Source: Lama glama (Eukaryota). Taken from it: a stretch of DNA of 64,000 nt. Shown piece after piece: positions 12,239 through 24,900 of this stretch (position 1 is its first letter; every line of letters starts with the position of its first letter). Below the pieces are notes generated by a model. The model was not told the DNA's origin. It saw only the letters and a list, made by a program, of their open reading frames with translations, and searched no databases. Location: the NCBI GenBank assembly GCA_028534125.1, contig CM052816.1, forward strand, positions 55,244,001 to 55,308,000, read 5' to 3'. A program made the translations under genes and the position numbers.

Positions 12239-15124
12239 CTTAAGCAAACGTCCTTCTACCACCTTCACGGAGCTTGGGACCGCTTTCACTGAACTCCCAC
12301 TCTTTGTTCTATGGAACGTCTCTGTGCCTTGTCAGAACCAACCCTCCCAAGTCTGCGTGTCTGAGATCACAACTCATTTTCCCTAATGAGCACGGCATAT
12401 CCCTTGCACAAGGGAGATGATCGATTTGTTGACCAAAATTGAATTGAAACTTCTATTTCATTCAATTTTCCACTCATCTATTTTCTCCTGCTCCCTGTTC
12501 AGAAAAGGTAAGCATTGTCTTTTGTGCATTTAATCTTTTAAATAGTTAAAGACTGTTGTTAAATGACTTACCTGTTTTCTTACCTCCAGATAAACTTTAG
12601 TACCCTTCACGATCTCATAGGAGAGAGTGCCCTTTGAGGGCAATAATTGGGGCTAAATTACTGAATGTAGTTTTGATGCTAGTTTTCATTACATGCTGTG
12701 AATTTATTTCATTTAGCATAGCTGTGGCTTTTGAGCTAATAAACAAGTAAATAAATAGCTAAGCTTGACCTCCAGCTGAGTTAAAAGGCAGCTTTCCTAA
12801 AATCAGGACTAAATAGTAAATGCCATGATTTATCTAAAGCACCTCCTTTTCAAATTATCCTAATATTTAACAAAGCTAATAAACGTTTGCTGATTTTATA
12901 GTTAACTGACATTAAAAATACTTGCTGAGCACTTTACAAATAAAATATTATGGCCAGTATGCTAAAAGAGTTGTACATTTTGAGATGTTTGGCACATTTT
13001 AAATCTGATCACCAGCTTCCAATCTTATCTCTTCTGAGACTTGAAAAATCTATTAAGCTAAGGAACACACACAGACACACCCTGCTTCTTAGAATTACAC
13101 TTGGAATTTTGAACAAAAAATTCAGCTTGGGTAAAAAGAAGGATGATCCAACATGATCAGAAAAGATCATCATAAATTCCTTTCACTATTACTAGAAGAT
13201 AAGCTGAACTCTCTTGAACATAAACCCAAATGGCCCTCAGGCTGGCGTGAGAAGCTGTCACACTGAGAAGCTGGACATCCCAATTCTCAACGCTGTCAGT
13301 CAAAGAGACAGTGAAAACCGCTATGAAAGAGCATTTCGTGTTGTCATATGTCAGCCAGATTGAAAATCAGTGGTTAGTTATCCTTTGAGGGAAGGAGGAA
13401 ACTCCTCCAAGCAGAAAAGCACAATGCGATCAGAAGACCCTGGGAAGGCACTTAGCATTGTCATGGTTTCCTGAGTGAAGATGTCACAACCCATCACCAC
13501 CATCAGAGGAAATGAAGACACACACACACTCTGCCAAGGGACACGCACATACCAGCTAATATGGCCAGCAGAAGGTGCAGAAGTAACTTCAAAAGCACCA
13601 CAGGGAGTCCCAAGAGCTCAGATACACACTTTATTGCACTTTAATCTTAGGCAAAGGTAGGCAAAATCTGATCTGTAAAATTGTGCAATACCCAATTTCA
13701 AAACCATCTACTAAAAGAAAAAAAACCTAAACCAACAATCAAATATAGCATGAACTATTATTTTCCATCCTATTTAGAAGCTTTACTAAATAGAACACAA
13801 TGGTACATCAAACGTCTGCCGTGGTAATGAACACAGCACTGTGTAATACGGTAATAAGAAGGGAGTGCATGACACCAAGAAGTCGGGAGTGAATGAATTT
13901 ATAATCCATCACAAATGTCCTTTTAGTCTTACTCAGGCCCCGTCATTGTGCAGTTCCGGTGGAGCTCCAGTGCCTCCAAATTTTCCACAGCCAGCAGGTT
14001 TCACTGGTATCAGCCCTTGAGAAGAATCACGTCATTATCCTGATGTTAAATAAAGCTGCGTGTATAAGATGGCCTGTGTCTTAAGTCTCATATTCAATCA
14101 TGTGAGTCACTGGTTTTTTCCTCAGACTTGCTGAGAAGTGGATGTCAACCCTCACTGGTTTGGGTTTTATTTTGTTTTGTTTGTGCTCACTGCCTTTGAA
14201 TGTAATCAAACCTTCTTGTGCACACACATCTGTATCCCAAAAGACAGGCATGATCATTACCTATTGAGGTGCGCAGTAATGAATGAATGGGGAAACAATT
14301 AGCTATAATGTATTTATCAATAACTGAGGCAAGCTCTGCCCCAACAACACGTCCTCTGTGCGCCATGGATGAAGAGTGGGATGCCATTATCAATACTCCA
14401 ACTTCAGATTAAAATGCACACAGAGTGGCAGATATTATGCAACCCTGGGTCACTTTTTCAATGCCTTGTGATTTATTCCTTCTGAATTACCCTTACGCCA
14501 ACTTCATTTGATAGGAAAATATTCATGTCTTTGAACTATGGACTGATATAGGTCACCAAGGTTTCACTCCCTCTTTTGTCAGTCTCTTCTGGAAGCAATT
14601 GAGAGGCCTCCCACTCTCATACACAGAAGACTCTGGCAGGGCAATCCCACAGGATACATCGTCTGGCAGTGACCTCAGAAAATAACAGTATTTTTAAAAC
14701 AGAGTTAGAAAGAAACCAGCAGATTGCTATGGGCATCCCGCACGGTTGTTGGAGCAGCCATCTTTGAACACATCTGTTTCTTCTCTCCCCTAAGCCTCCC
14801 CTGTTCTTTCACATCACTAATCAAGATTAGAGTAACAGAGTAACACTCAGTGCCTTCACAGCCCAAATCCTCAGACTGCTTGAATTTAGGGTAAGCCTCA
14901 AAAGCGAACTATGATAAAGGCCTGTATATTCTCTGCAGACACACCATTTCCGTAAGCAGGTCCAGCTCACGCTCCATCCCTTCATAGTCACCACTAAAGA
15001 GAGTAAAGTGGTAGTTGTCACAGAAGGAGCATGTTCCCGTCAGACACAACGCTAAGATGGGAGAGCCCTCCCTGCGTTACAACCTACCCCTTCCCACCCC
15101 TGAATATAAATCGGTTTATTACAC

Positions 15125-15715
15125 ACAGTGCTAAAATAGAATTTAGGGCAGTCCAACAGCACCTACTAATAATGTATATTTTGCAATGCCTTATTAAATA
15201 ATTTTCATAGATGAAATAACCTACCTGTACACATAATACCCTAATAGGAGAAATAGAAGAAATAATATATTATATTTTAAAATATGTCAGTGTCCCAGTG
15301 TAATAGCTCTAGAATACAAAATGAAGATGAGATGCTTGCTTCTAAATGTAGAATTATCATGAATGCAAAAAAACCCCAATGTAGACAAACAGAGGTGAGC
15401 TTATTAGCAAATTAAATATCACAACTAGTGTTTGTTACCACTGGTGATGTGATTCTGGAAATGATGAACAACTCACAGTAAGATTTTACATAAATAAAAC
15501 AGAATCTTCCCTTGATTTAGAAGTAGCTTCACTCCTGGAAAATATACTATATATAAAGACTATATAAAAATACTTGTGTTTATATATAAAACAGAAAAAG
15601 ATCTAGGCTTAAATTATTAGAAATAAAATTTTCACATAAACGGATCTCTACTAAGACACTGGAAAGCTGTGCAGTAAGTGAGGCAATGACTTGTTATGTG
15701 GAACTGTCCTATGTG
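15125..15715. mobile_element. Old hAT-Charlie-like DNA transposon fragment
   Basis: AT-rich block resembling Charlie-family internal sequence; recall only. Confidence 0.4.
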
Positions 15716-15719
15716 TGGG

Positions 15720-16030
15720 GTCTTTGGTCAATGGAATGTGGTCTGAAGTGACCAGTTCTGAGCCTAGACTTAAGAGGCATCACATTTCCATTCAACTGTC
15801 TTGTACTTCTGCCATCTCCATGCAAAAATAAAATGAACTAGATAGCCAATTATTCCAAGTAGGATTAAAAATCTGAACCTAACCTGCAACTTAGAGAAAA
15901 GCCAGGAAAGCCAGCTCCCAGCCAATCCATAGAAGCATGGGTGAAAAGAAATGATTATTATTTTCAGTTACTAACTTTTGGAGTAGCTAGTACGGCAGCA
16001 TGATGTAGTAATAAATGCCTGGCAAATACT
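15720..16030 (+). mobile_element. MLT1 (H/I-like) LTR fragment
   Basis: ctttggtcaatggaatgtgg...gaagtgac...ttctgagcctag...cttctgccatc motifs. Confidence 0.7.
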
Positions 16031-16188
16031 TTCCCACTCAGCACAGGGGAGATAATTATGGTTAAAGGAGAAATGGAAAAGTCAATGAGAAATTCATGAT
16101 GCTGGACAGGGAATGAGTGGACACTGGGAAAAAATGGGTGGGATCCAGGGAAAGGGTAGAAGTTAGCCAGTGCTATATAAATACACAA

Positions 16189-16199
16189 TGCTGAGTCAC
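16189..16199 (-). promoter_or_regulatory. NRF2/sMAF antioxidant response element (contains AP-1)
   Basis: Reverse complement reads GTGACTCAGCA, an exact match to the RTGAYnnnGCA consensus. Motif only; function untested. Confidence 0.4.
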
Positions 16200-18420
16200 T
16201 AGCCGTATGAGTCGCCCGATATTAGGAGAACCCTCCAACAAACCACACCAAGTGTATCTCCTGAGCTCACTCCCCAACAATCACCTTGAAGGACAGAACA
16301 GGCAAAGCTGGCCAGAGCCATAGATTCACATAAAGGCAGACAGAGATGTAACAAGGACTGAATAAGACCCACGGTTTTTGCAAAATAAAACCTCTGTCAT
16401 CAAAGTTCAAATCATGGTTCATTTATCCTTTGAGATTATAAACACCGATAGCATTAAATAACCGATAGGCCCACAGCAAGCCCATGCGTATTTCATTTCT
16501 AGCAATATTTTTCCCTTAAAAGAGCTGGTATCTTCTATAAACCTGGCTTCTATCACTTTGATATTTTCTTAATTAATTAAGTGTACCTGGCATTCCATCT
16601 TGTTACTAATGTTCTGATACTTTTATGGTTGTTATTCAATGATAAATAAAAGAAACAACGAGTTAAAATGCATACAACCACAGCAATGATTCCGGGTTCA
16701 AATGAGATAGGAAATGCTTTTTAAATAATTCATATATATTTTTGAATTCAGATAATGCCACATGACTCTGTAAAGTTCCTAGAATCTCTACAAAAAAATT
16801 AACTGAGCTTCTAACTAGATAAAGCAATGAATAAAATACAATTAGATACAAGAATCACAGAGTTCACAAAACAAAAACAAAGCAGTGCTTATAAGTAACA
16901 ATGCAATAAATTTGACAATCTGGATGAAATTGACAAAAAAATTTTTTAATGCAGTTTATCAAAACTGACACAAAAAGAAGCGGAAGCTCTAGGGCCTTTA
17001 TCTATTAAGAAGAAATGATTTTCCAATTAACCAGAGGCTTAAAGGCATTGATGAAATTCTATATATATTCATGCAAAATTTTAGCAAATTAGAAATAGAA
17101 GAAACCTCATCCAATCTGGTAAAAGTGGAAGTCAAATGACAAAACAGCTCCTGATAGACTCAGGCTCAGGTCACAGACAGAGCTGTGCTGCAGCCAAGAG
17201 CGTGGACCAAAGCAGAGACAATTCTCTGCCTCTGGCACCTTGTGGACTGGAAGTTTGGACATTTAGAGACGGCACCATGGCATAGCCATGACATTCTCGT
17301 GTCCATCGGCACTAGTAAGGCTCTGCTAAGCAGTTTCCCAGATGGTGCGCATGGAGAAAAAAAAAAAAAAAAGGACAGGACAGGGAAAGCTGTGTTAGGC
17401 ACTTCCAGAAGATTAAAGTCAGGATAGCAGAAGAGGGTTATGTGTGGAAGGGGCATGCAGGGGGCCACTGGGGCGCTGGGAAGAATCTCTGTCATGATCT
17501 AGGTGCTGGTTAAAGAGAAGTACTCAGTCTGTAAAAATCAATTCAGCTATACCCTTTTAATACGCACATTTAATATACCCTTTTCTTTCTGAATATTAAA
17601 CTTCAGTAAAAAAAGTTTTAAAATATTTTCAGCCCCTACGTGTCCAGTGCCAGGAGTTACAAAGATCCCAAAGACCTGGCCTCTTTCCTTGAAGTTCAAG
17701 GCCCTCAGAGTCTAAGGATCCCTGAGTAGAAGGACTCAGGAAGGCTCGTACAGAGAGGCCATGATGACACAGTGTGAAAAGCACTCCTACAGTGTGGCCA
17801 CCATGGGACTGGAGAGTCAGAGAAAGAGGCCCGAAATCTGCTGTGGAGAGTCATGAAAAGCGACTTCTAAGCTGAGGCTTGGAGGACAGGGAGGAGCCTT
17901 TTTCATGGACCAATGTGCAGATGTCGGGGGGTGGGAGGCGGATGGATGGTGGGAGGGAGGACATTCCAGGTCCATGGGAAGAGAAGATTAAAGAACTGCT
18001 CATCTCCAGTCCCCTCAAATACACAGTCACAGTAGAATGAATAATGTCTCTCAAAGCAAAACATGCTGCATATGAATACAGGCTTATGACAGCTGTTGGA
18101 CACATAAGATTCATTGAGAATAGAGGTGGGGAAAGGGGGAGGTCCTCAGCTTTCACAGCCTAGCTTAGCAATGAGCAGTCCTTCACAAGGGGCACTGTAT
18201 TGAACACTTATAGGTATGTGCCTTTCTTCGTTCAAAAAGAAGATAGTTTTATTGAGTACCAAAGTAATTTATGTTTTCACAACTACGACTACCTTACTGG
18301 TATTACGGACTAGAAAAGTATCCATGGGAAAAACTGGCACTGCTTTTTACCACTGGAACATTAATTGAGACATATTTATATTTGTTTAGACACATTGGAG
18401 AAATAGCATCATGAGGTCAT

Positions 18421-18478
18421 CACCTCCACACTGATGTGACCAGTAGGAAACCCAGGCTGCAGATTGAATTGGGTACTT
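18421..18478 (+). repeat. 58-bp direct repeat, copy 1
   Basis: cacctccacactgatgtgaccagtaggaaacccaggctgcagattgaattgggtactt; 57/58 identical to 19385-19442. Confidence 0.95.
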
Positions 18479-19384
18479 GAAATTAAATTTTGCCACCTTT
18501 ACTAATGCCTTAGTGATAAAACCAGTATGTGCTTATGTTGAAAACTCAAATGATTCAGAAATATATCAAGTAGAAAGTGTCAGGTTATCTCCAGCTTTTC
18601 CTCCAAAGATAATAGTTTGGTCTTTATCTTTCTAGACTTCTAATGTACCTTAATTTTTAAAATAGTGATGTACCATATATTCTGGTCAATAAATTGCTAT
18701 ATTTTTAACTAATAACATATCTTCAAAATAGTTCCATGTTAGTACATACAGGTTCACTTCATTCATTTCAATGGCTTTGTAATAATTCATTATTTAAATG
18801 AACCATAATTGATCTGATTACCCTCTGGTGAACATTTAGGTTGTTTCTAATTTTTCACTACTGCAAATAATGATGCCATGGACATCTTACAAAATTCTGA
18901 TGATTTGTCTGAATATTCTGGTACCTCTGAGCATGTCTGAAAGGGAGGGACTAAGACGTCTCCCAGGCGAGAACTCGTCTCAAGAAAAAGGCAATTTCAG
19001 ACCCACTATTAATAAGCCTAGGACAACGGGCCGGTGTCAGAAGGGACAAGTGATTGTGAATATAGGACACTATGTCACTTGATGTGTCCTCTCACCAGCC
19101 CCCATGCATTCACACAGTCTCTAAACTCCCCAGGGACGTGAAGAGCCCATGATGGCATTAGCAGATTCTATAATGCTGGACCCAGGGCGTCCTGGGCGGT
19201 GGGTGGCAGGTCTGGCAGCACTGTAGCAATGCTGCTGCAGAGAACTAGGGGCAAGGACTGCAGGAGTCACTCCTGAAGACTCGAAGCAACAGAAAGGAGT
19301 CTTTAAAGAAGGCTGGGAATCCCCAACCAGGGTAGGAATAGAACCAGAGAGATGACTGTAGAAGCTCCTATGGGTCTATGCTTC

Positions 19385-19442
19385 CACCTCCACACTGATG
19401 TGGCCAGTAGGAAACCCAGGCTGCAGATTGAATTGGGTACTT
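19385..19442 (+). repeat. 58-bp direct repeat, copy 2
   Basis: Identical to 18421-18478 except one A/G transition. Confidence 0.95.
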
Positions 19443-20311
19443 TAAAAAATAATAATCTTTTTACTTAAATTACTTTTGTGTTTACTGCAGCTCATACTGT
19501 GTTTAATGTGCATGAACTGGGGCATGCTGCCACATGATGAAAATAATAATAGTACGAGGTCAAAGGTGAGAACGGCTCCACAGAATCATTTGACCATCAC
19601 TTCTTAAATACAAACCCACATGAGCACAAAAATGGAATTCGGGGGTAGGGGAAATGGTGTGCTTAGGACTATTAAAAAGAAATATTAAAATGAGCATATT
19701 TTAAAGCAGGCTAGTCAGAGTTTGAAATGACAAAGTGGGTCAGCTGCTCTACCCACAGCCAGAACACAGCGCTGTACCCTGCTGCAGAGGCTCGGGCGCT
19801 GTGTGACTCATCAGAGGGACTGTGAGCAAAGAACAAACATCTTAGATATTTCTCTTAGAAAAATTTTGGCCCCCAATATCGCTATTTACCTTGTGTGAAT
19901 CTGCAGATTTTACAACCTGAATTTTGGAGGAAATGGTGTCTGCAACAAACTGCTGCTGTTCCCGGTTTTTCTACGAAGGCTGACAGGGAAGTTCAAGGTC
20001 CGGTTCAGCAACCACAGGAGCCGTGATGGGGAGGGAAGGTCCATGGAGGTGACCAAAGAAAGGAGAACTAAGGCTAGTTCTTCCAAAGCTCCGGATGCTC
20101 AGTCAGAGGTGTGGACACACTGGGTGGTTGCAGTCAGGTGATGACAGTCACAGTGTAGCGCAAAGGACACTAAACTTGGTTCAGTCAATTATAAGCCATG
20201 TATCTGGAGAAAATCACAAGTTCCCTGAGTAATGAGAGGCCCCAGGGTGATTATGAAGACTAAATATAATGCTCCCCATGCACATGCTATACACAAATGT
20301 GCACAGGCTAC

Positions 20312-20473
20312 CAGAGTCTGCTACATAGCTGGCAAGGTCCAACACGAAAGGAAAGCATGAGGTCTCTTGCCCACAGAATTTCAAAAGGTGATGGCAGAGC
20401 ATAAACACAGAGCCTTTCTTAGTGTGAGACCCTGTGTGACTGCACAGGCCACAGGTCCATGCAGCCAGCCCCA
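20312..20473. mobile_element. MER45A-like hAT-Tip100 element
   Basis: gctacata...agaatttcaa...gcagagcat...ccctgtgtgactgcacagg...catgcagccagccc. Confidence 0.75.
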
Positions 20474-21027
20474 GGTATCACCATTCCACAGTTGAGTGCC
20501 AAGAGCTGTAACTACAGAGCTGAATACGCTCGCATTGGGTAAAATTCCGGAAACATTCAGGATTGCATTATAATAAAAAGGAAGCAGGATTTCATACATT
20601 GAAAAGGAATCCTTTCATTTTACAAGACAAACATTGGAGGAAGAGAAAAGACACTGTTAGTGTACAGTACCTACAAAGCAACATGCTTGGAGCTTTATGT
20701 ATATTTTTCCTATTTAACCTTCACACACAATCCTAAAAAGTAGATAGTAAAAACTACCTTTTTACAGCTGAAGAAATTAAGGCTCTGAGGGGTTAAGAAA
20801 CTTGTCTATGGTTACACTATTTTTCTCCAACCGCTCATTAATTCTCTGGTAATATTTACTGAGCTCCTTAGACACCAGGGAGAAAACAGCAAGACAAGAC
20901 AACAACCTATCCCTAATCCTGTCCTTCACCTCCTGGAATTTAACAGTTCTGTCAGGAGAGATAGGTATTAATGAAAGAATCTCATTTTTGTTTAAAGGGA
21001 AATGGTAAAATTGATGAGCTTTATAAA

Positions 21028-21195
21028 CAGAGTCGCCAGATTTAGCAAATAAAAATACAGAATGCCCAGACAAATTTAAATTTCACAGCAAAAAAATAAA
21101 GTTTTAATATAAGTATGTTTCATGCAGTATTTGAGACATTTATGTTAAAAATGAATTCAAATTTAACTGAGCATCCTCTTTCTCTGACAACCTTA
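21028..21195. mobile_element. MER53 palindromic hAT MITE inserted in an L2 remnant
   Basis: gccagatttagcaaataaaaatacag...aattcaaatttaactg...tctgacaacctta; 8-bp TSD-like tttataaa (21020-21027) / tttacaag (21196-21203). Confidence 0.85.
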
Positions 21196-21764
21196 TTTAC
21201 AAGGAAAAGTACGCTGTGAGAGGGAGAGGGAACTTTAACCTCACAAAGGAGGTTTAGGAGGCTTCCCCAGAAAGAGAAGACTGGACTAGAATCTGAATAA
21301 CGTAAGGCATCAACGTGATAAAGGCAGGCTGGAGCAGGTGGTACGGCTGCCATAGCAAGAGGGGACTGATGTTTAAAGATTGCCTGGATGGGAGAGGTTT
21401 GGGGGCTATGCAAAATGAGGTTATGGAAGTGAGCAGGGGCCAGACCATCCAGAAGGCCTTAAAGGCTACAGTTTTCAGTCTTTATGCCACTAGACTGAGC
21501 AGTCACATGTGATGTCCCTCTGCCTATGCCTATCCTTCTTTGATACCACCTACATAACTGTCTCCACAGAGTCCTTCCCAACCACCTACCTCACTCACTC
21601 TACTCTGACCCTTACCAATGAAGTTTGTCATCTTGAAGTCTGTCTTGCCGGCTAGAACGTGATTTCTCTGAAAGCTTCAAGTAGATATTCAATAAATATT
21701 GAGAACAACATAACCTAGAAAGTCCATGCATTCTGGGTCCCTGCCACACTGCCTACTACTAGTT

Positions 21765-21950
21765 CATGTGTTCATGCAACTGTGGTCCCCAGACAACAGC
21801 ATCCAACCCACTTGGCAGAGCCTGATGAGCAGCACACTCTGGGCCCACCCATGAATTCACCCATTTAGAACGTCTAGGATGGGGCTCAGAAATCTTCACT
21901 GAAACAAGATCCCCAGGAGAGTTTAACACATGACTATTTGAGCACCCTGA
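21765..21950. mobile_element. MER5-like element
   Basis: tgtggtccccagacaacagcatc...ggggctcagaaatct...aacaagatccccagg...tttgagcaccctg. Confidence 0.6.
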
Positions 21951-24900
21951 TCTATTAGGCTAGTCTAGGATTCTAGTTCAAAGGATTTTCAAATAGTGGC
22001 AAAAAACAGAAGGCACTCAGTCTAACTTGTTACAAATCTCATTGTGCTCTTGAACTGTAAGAGGATCCAAGTGCTATGAGAAGACTAACGCCCATCAATA
22101 TAGATCTTAGTGTCTGGTCTTAATCATTTGTATTGCAAACTGTCCACGGGAAAAGATACAGCAGGCATTGTGTGCATTAGGTGGTCATCAGAAAACACTG
22201 AAAATATTGTCTTGTTAAGCTGATCAACGTATCTGCTTTACAGTAAGCTGAAATCATTATTTTTCAAATTTAGAGTTTTTAAAATGCTTTAATTCATACT
22301 CCTCATGGCATAATACAAAATCTAACATACCAATTACTTTACAAAAACAGAGCCAGCCCATAGTTCCATGTAGAATTTCAACACAAGTTAACCAAAACAC
22401 TTCTTATATTCTGTTTATAAGAACAGTTCAAATTTAAAATAACTCATCATATTTTTTTGTATTCCACACAGAGGAAGACAATTATAACCAGAAAGGACCA
22501 AACCATCCACTCCACCCCTCTCCACTCATTTCACTGTGTTCACTTCTTCCCAATAAGGGAAGCCATTGTTACAAGAGGTGCTTGTGATAAAACTGAATGG
22601 TGTCCTCATACCCCCTTGCAACATATTTTCGGCAAGAATTATAATGGTAATTTCGTCCCGCACTGTTATTTCCATGGTGTCAAATAAAGAAGCTTCAAAT
22701 TCTATCCATTGCAACATTTTACTCTGTCTGCTCAATAGAGCTGGAATTGAAAAAGCAAAAACAAAAATAATTTAGCAATGTTGTACCAAAATTGTACCAA
22801 TGCATGAAGCTGGGGTGGGGAGACTACCTCTCCTAGGTTTGCAAACAGACTTCATTTAAATGACGAAGTTTGTGTTAAACGAGCAATGATATACATGTTG
22901 TAAACCAGGGATCAGACAGAACCCCCAGCAACGTGGAACCAAGAAGCACTAGTGAATTGTAGGCTTTCCCCTGGTGCAGCCACACAGAATTAAAAAGGGC
23001 ATTTTAACTTTTAGTATTCACAGAGATCTACCATAATGCATGAGTAATATGAATAACAACACAGTGATCTGCTGAGGAAGACAATTTGACACATCAATTT
23101 GATGAAATATGTCATCAACAAGTTTACCTCAGAATAAGACCTAGTATCTCTAATTATAGGAAATGGGTTTTCTGGTAATTGTGGTCACATAATATACTGT
23201 GTATTTTGATGCCTTCTGTGGTAATCTTCTTGAGGGTGGAAACTGCGTCCTTCTCTGAGGCACCTTTGACATTTATGGAATAGGGCAGCATTAATAATGA
23301 GTAGGATTTTTACCTAAAAGCTTGTAGGCTAGTCTGCTGCTCAGACCAGAGAAGCTACTTTTAACTGTCATTGGGTCATGAAAAATAAATTTGATTTCTC
23401 TACTGTATCATCAAAACACTCAGATGTAATCGGAGCTTTTTTTCCTTTCTTTCTTTTTTTTTTTCTTTCCCTTCTCCAGACAGGCAGCAGCTAATGGCAT
23501 TTGATCCTATATTAGACTGCTAGGAAAAGTCTACTGTCTGCATCTGCTGACATTGAAGGCCAAATTTCATTAAAGGAACAGTGCCTGGGGAAGTCTCCAG
23601 ACTTTTTAAAAAGACAAGTGTTTTCCTTTTCCTTAAAGGGACTTTGTTCCATAATATTTTCCTTTCATAAAGAATTTGTATGTCTAAAACTCTCTGAGAC
23701 TCTCTTTTGTCCTCAAAACAATTCTGGAATAAGAGCTAGTCTCAGCTATTTTTCACATTTCTCGAATATGGAGGATGAACTCAAGAGGGTAAGTAACTTG
23801 TCCAAGGTGACGTAACACAATGCTTGGGAAAATGAGACTAGGATCTTTGTCTCTGGGCTCTTTAATAACTGCGTTAATCCCTTCCTCCCTGCCTTCAACA
23901 TCCCCTATCCCACCCCACCCCACCCTCTCCATCCCTTTTGCCACATATAATGCAGATTTGGTGTCATTCTGTAAAGCCAATAGAAAAACCTTTCCCATTA
24001 GAATTTCAGAAAGTGAGGTCCTTTTTTTGTTTGTTTTTTAAATACATAGAATGAAACGTGGATTAGGCTTTTTATTTTCTACCAGGGAATGCATTTGTAG
24101 CACTGGGTGTTTTTTCTTTTTAAAAAACATTATTTTTATGTTATAAAAGAGGCATGAGGCACACTGTTTTGTAAGCCTTCCTGAAACCCCACTCAGAGGC
24201 CAGGCCTCCTGACAGAACTCCTGACGAATGGTGAAGGAATGGATGAGCACTACAGACTGAGGAACAGAATCATCGAAGCTTTCACATGAAAACTTGCCAC
24301 GAGCACGAGGTCCTTCAGAATTTGCCACTGAAAATGAGTGGCTGTCAAAGAGATTAATGCCAAATGCTCCTCCAGGATTAAGGATCAGAATTAAACTGAA
24401 ACAACTTTCTCGCGTTGTCAGTTAAGAATGAAAGGAGCAGGCGAGACAGGGGACCATCAGGGTATCCCTGTCGTGGCGCCTTAGAAGGCGCCCCATCTTT
24501 TCGGTCCCCCGGGGAGCGCTCGGGCGCTGCGGCGCCTTCCCGGCACTGCGGCGCACTGCGGAGCCGCCCGCCAGCCCGCAGCCTCGGCCCTGCGGGGCTT
24601 TCCGGCCGCCGGGCGCCGCCGCCCGCCCCCGCCTCAGTCTGCCCACCCCCTACCCCCCACCCCCGGCCCGGCGGCCTCGCCCGCTCGCGGCTGTCCGCGC
24701 CGGCTGCGCTGCAGGGCATCCATCACCCGAGAGCCTTTTGACGCACAGTCGCGCGCTCCCAGACGGAGAATCCGCCGCCTCCCCCATCCCCCACTCCCAC
24801 CCACCCCTCGCGGGTCTGCATTTGCATCACTCGCACACGTAGCTGGTGACGCGAGAGCCCCAACCCCGGGCCGCCTGGGCAGCACCTCCAGCCCCTGTGA

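Noticed and set aside
18421..19442. 58-bp repeats as LTRs or TSDs of a novel element, or CRISPR-like repeats
   Set aside because: Only two copies, no TG..CA termini, and the spacer is a mosaic of much older repeats.
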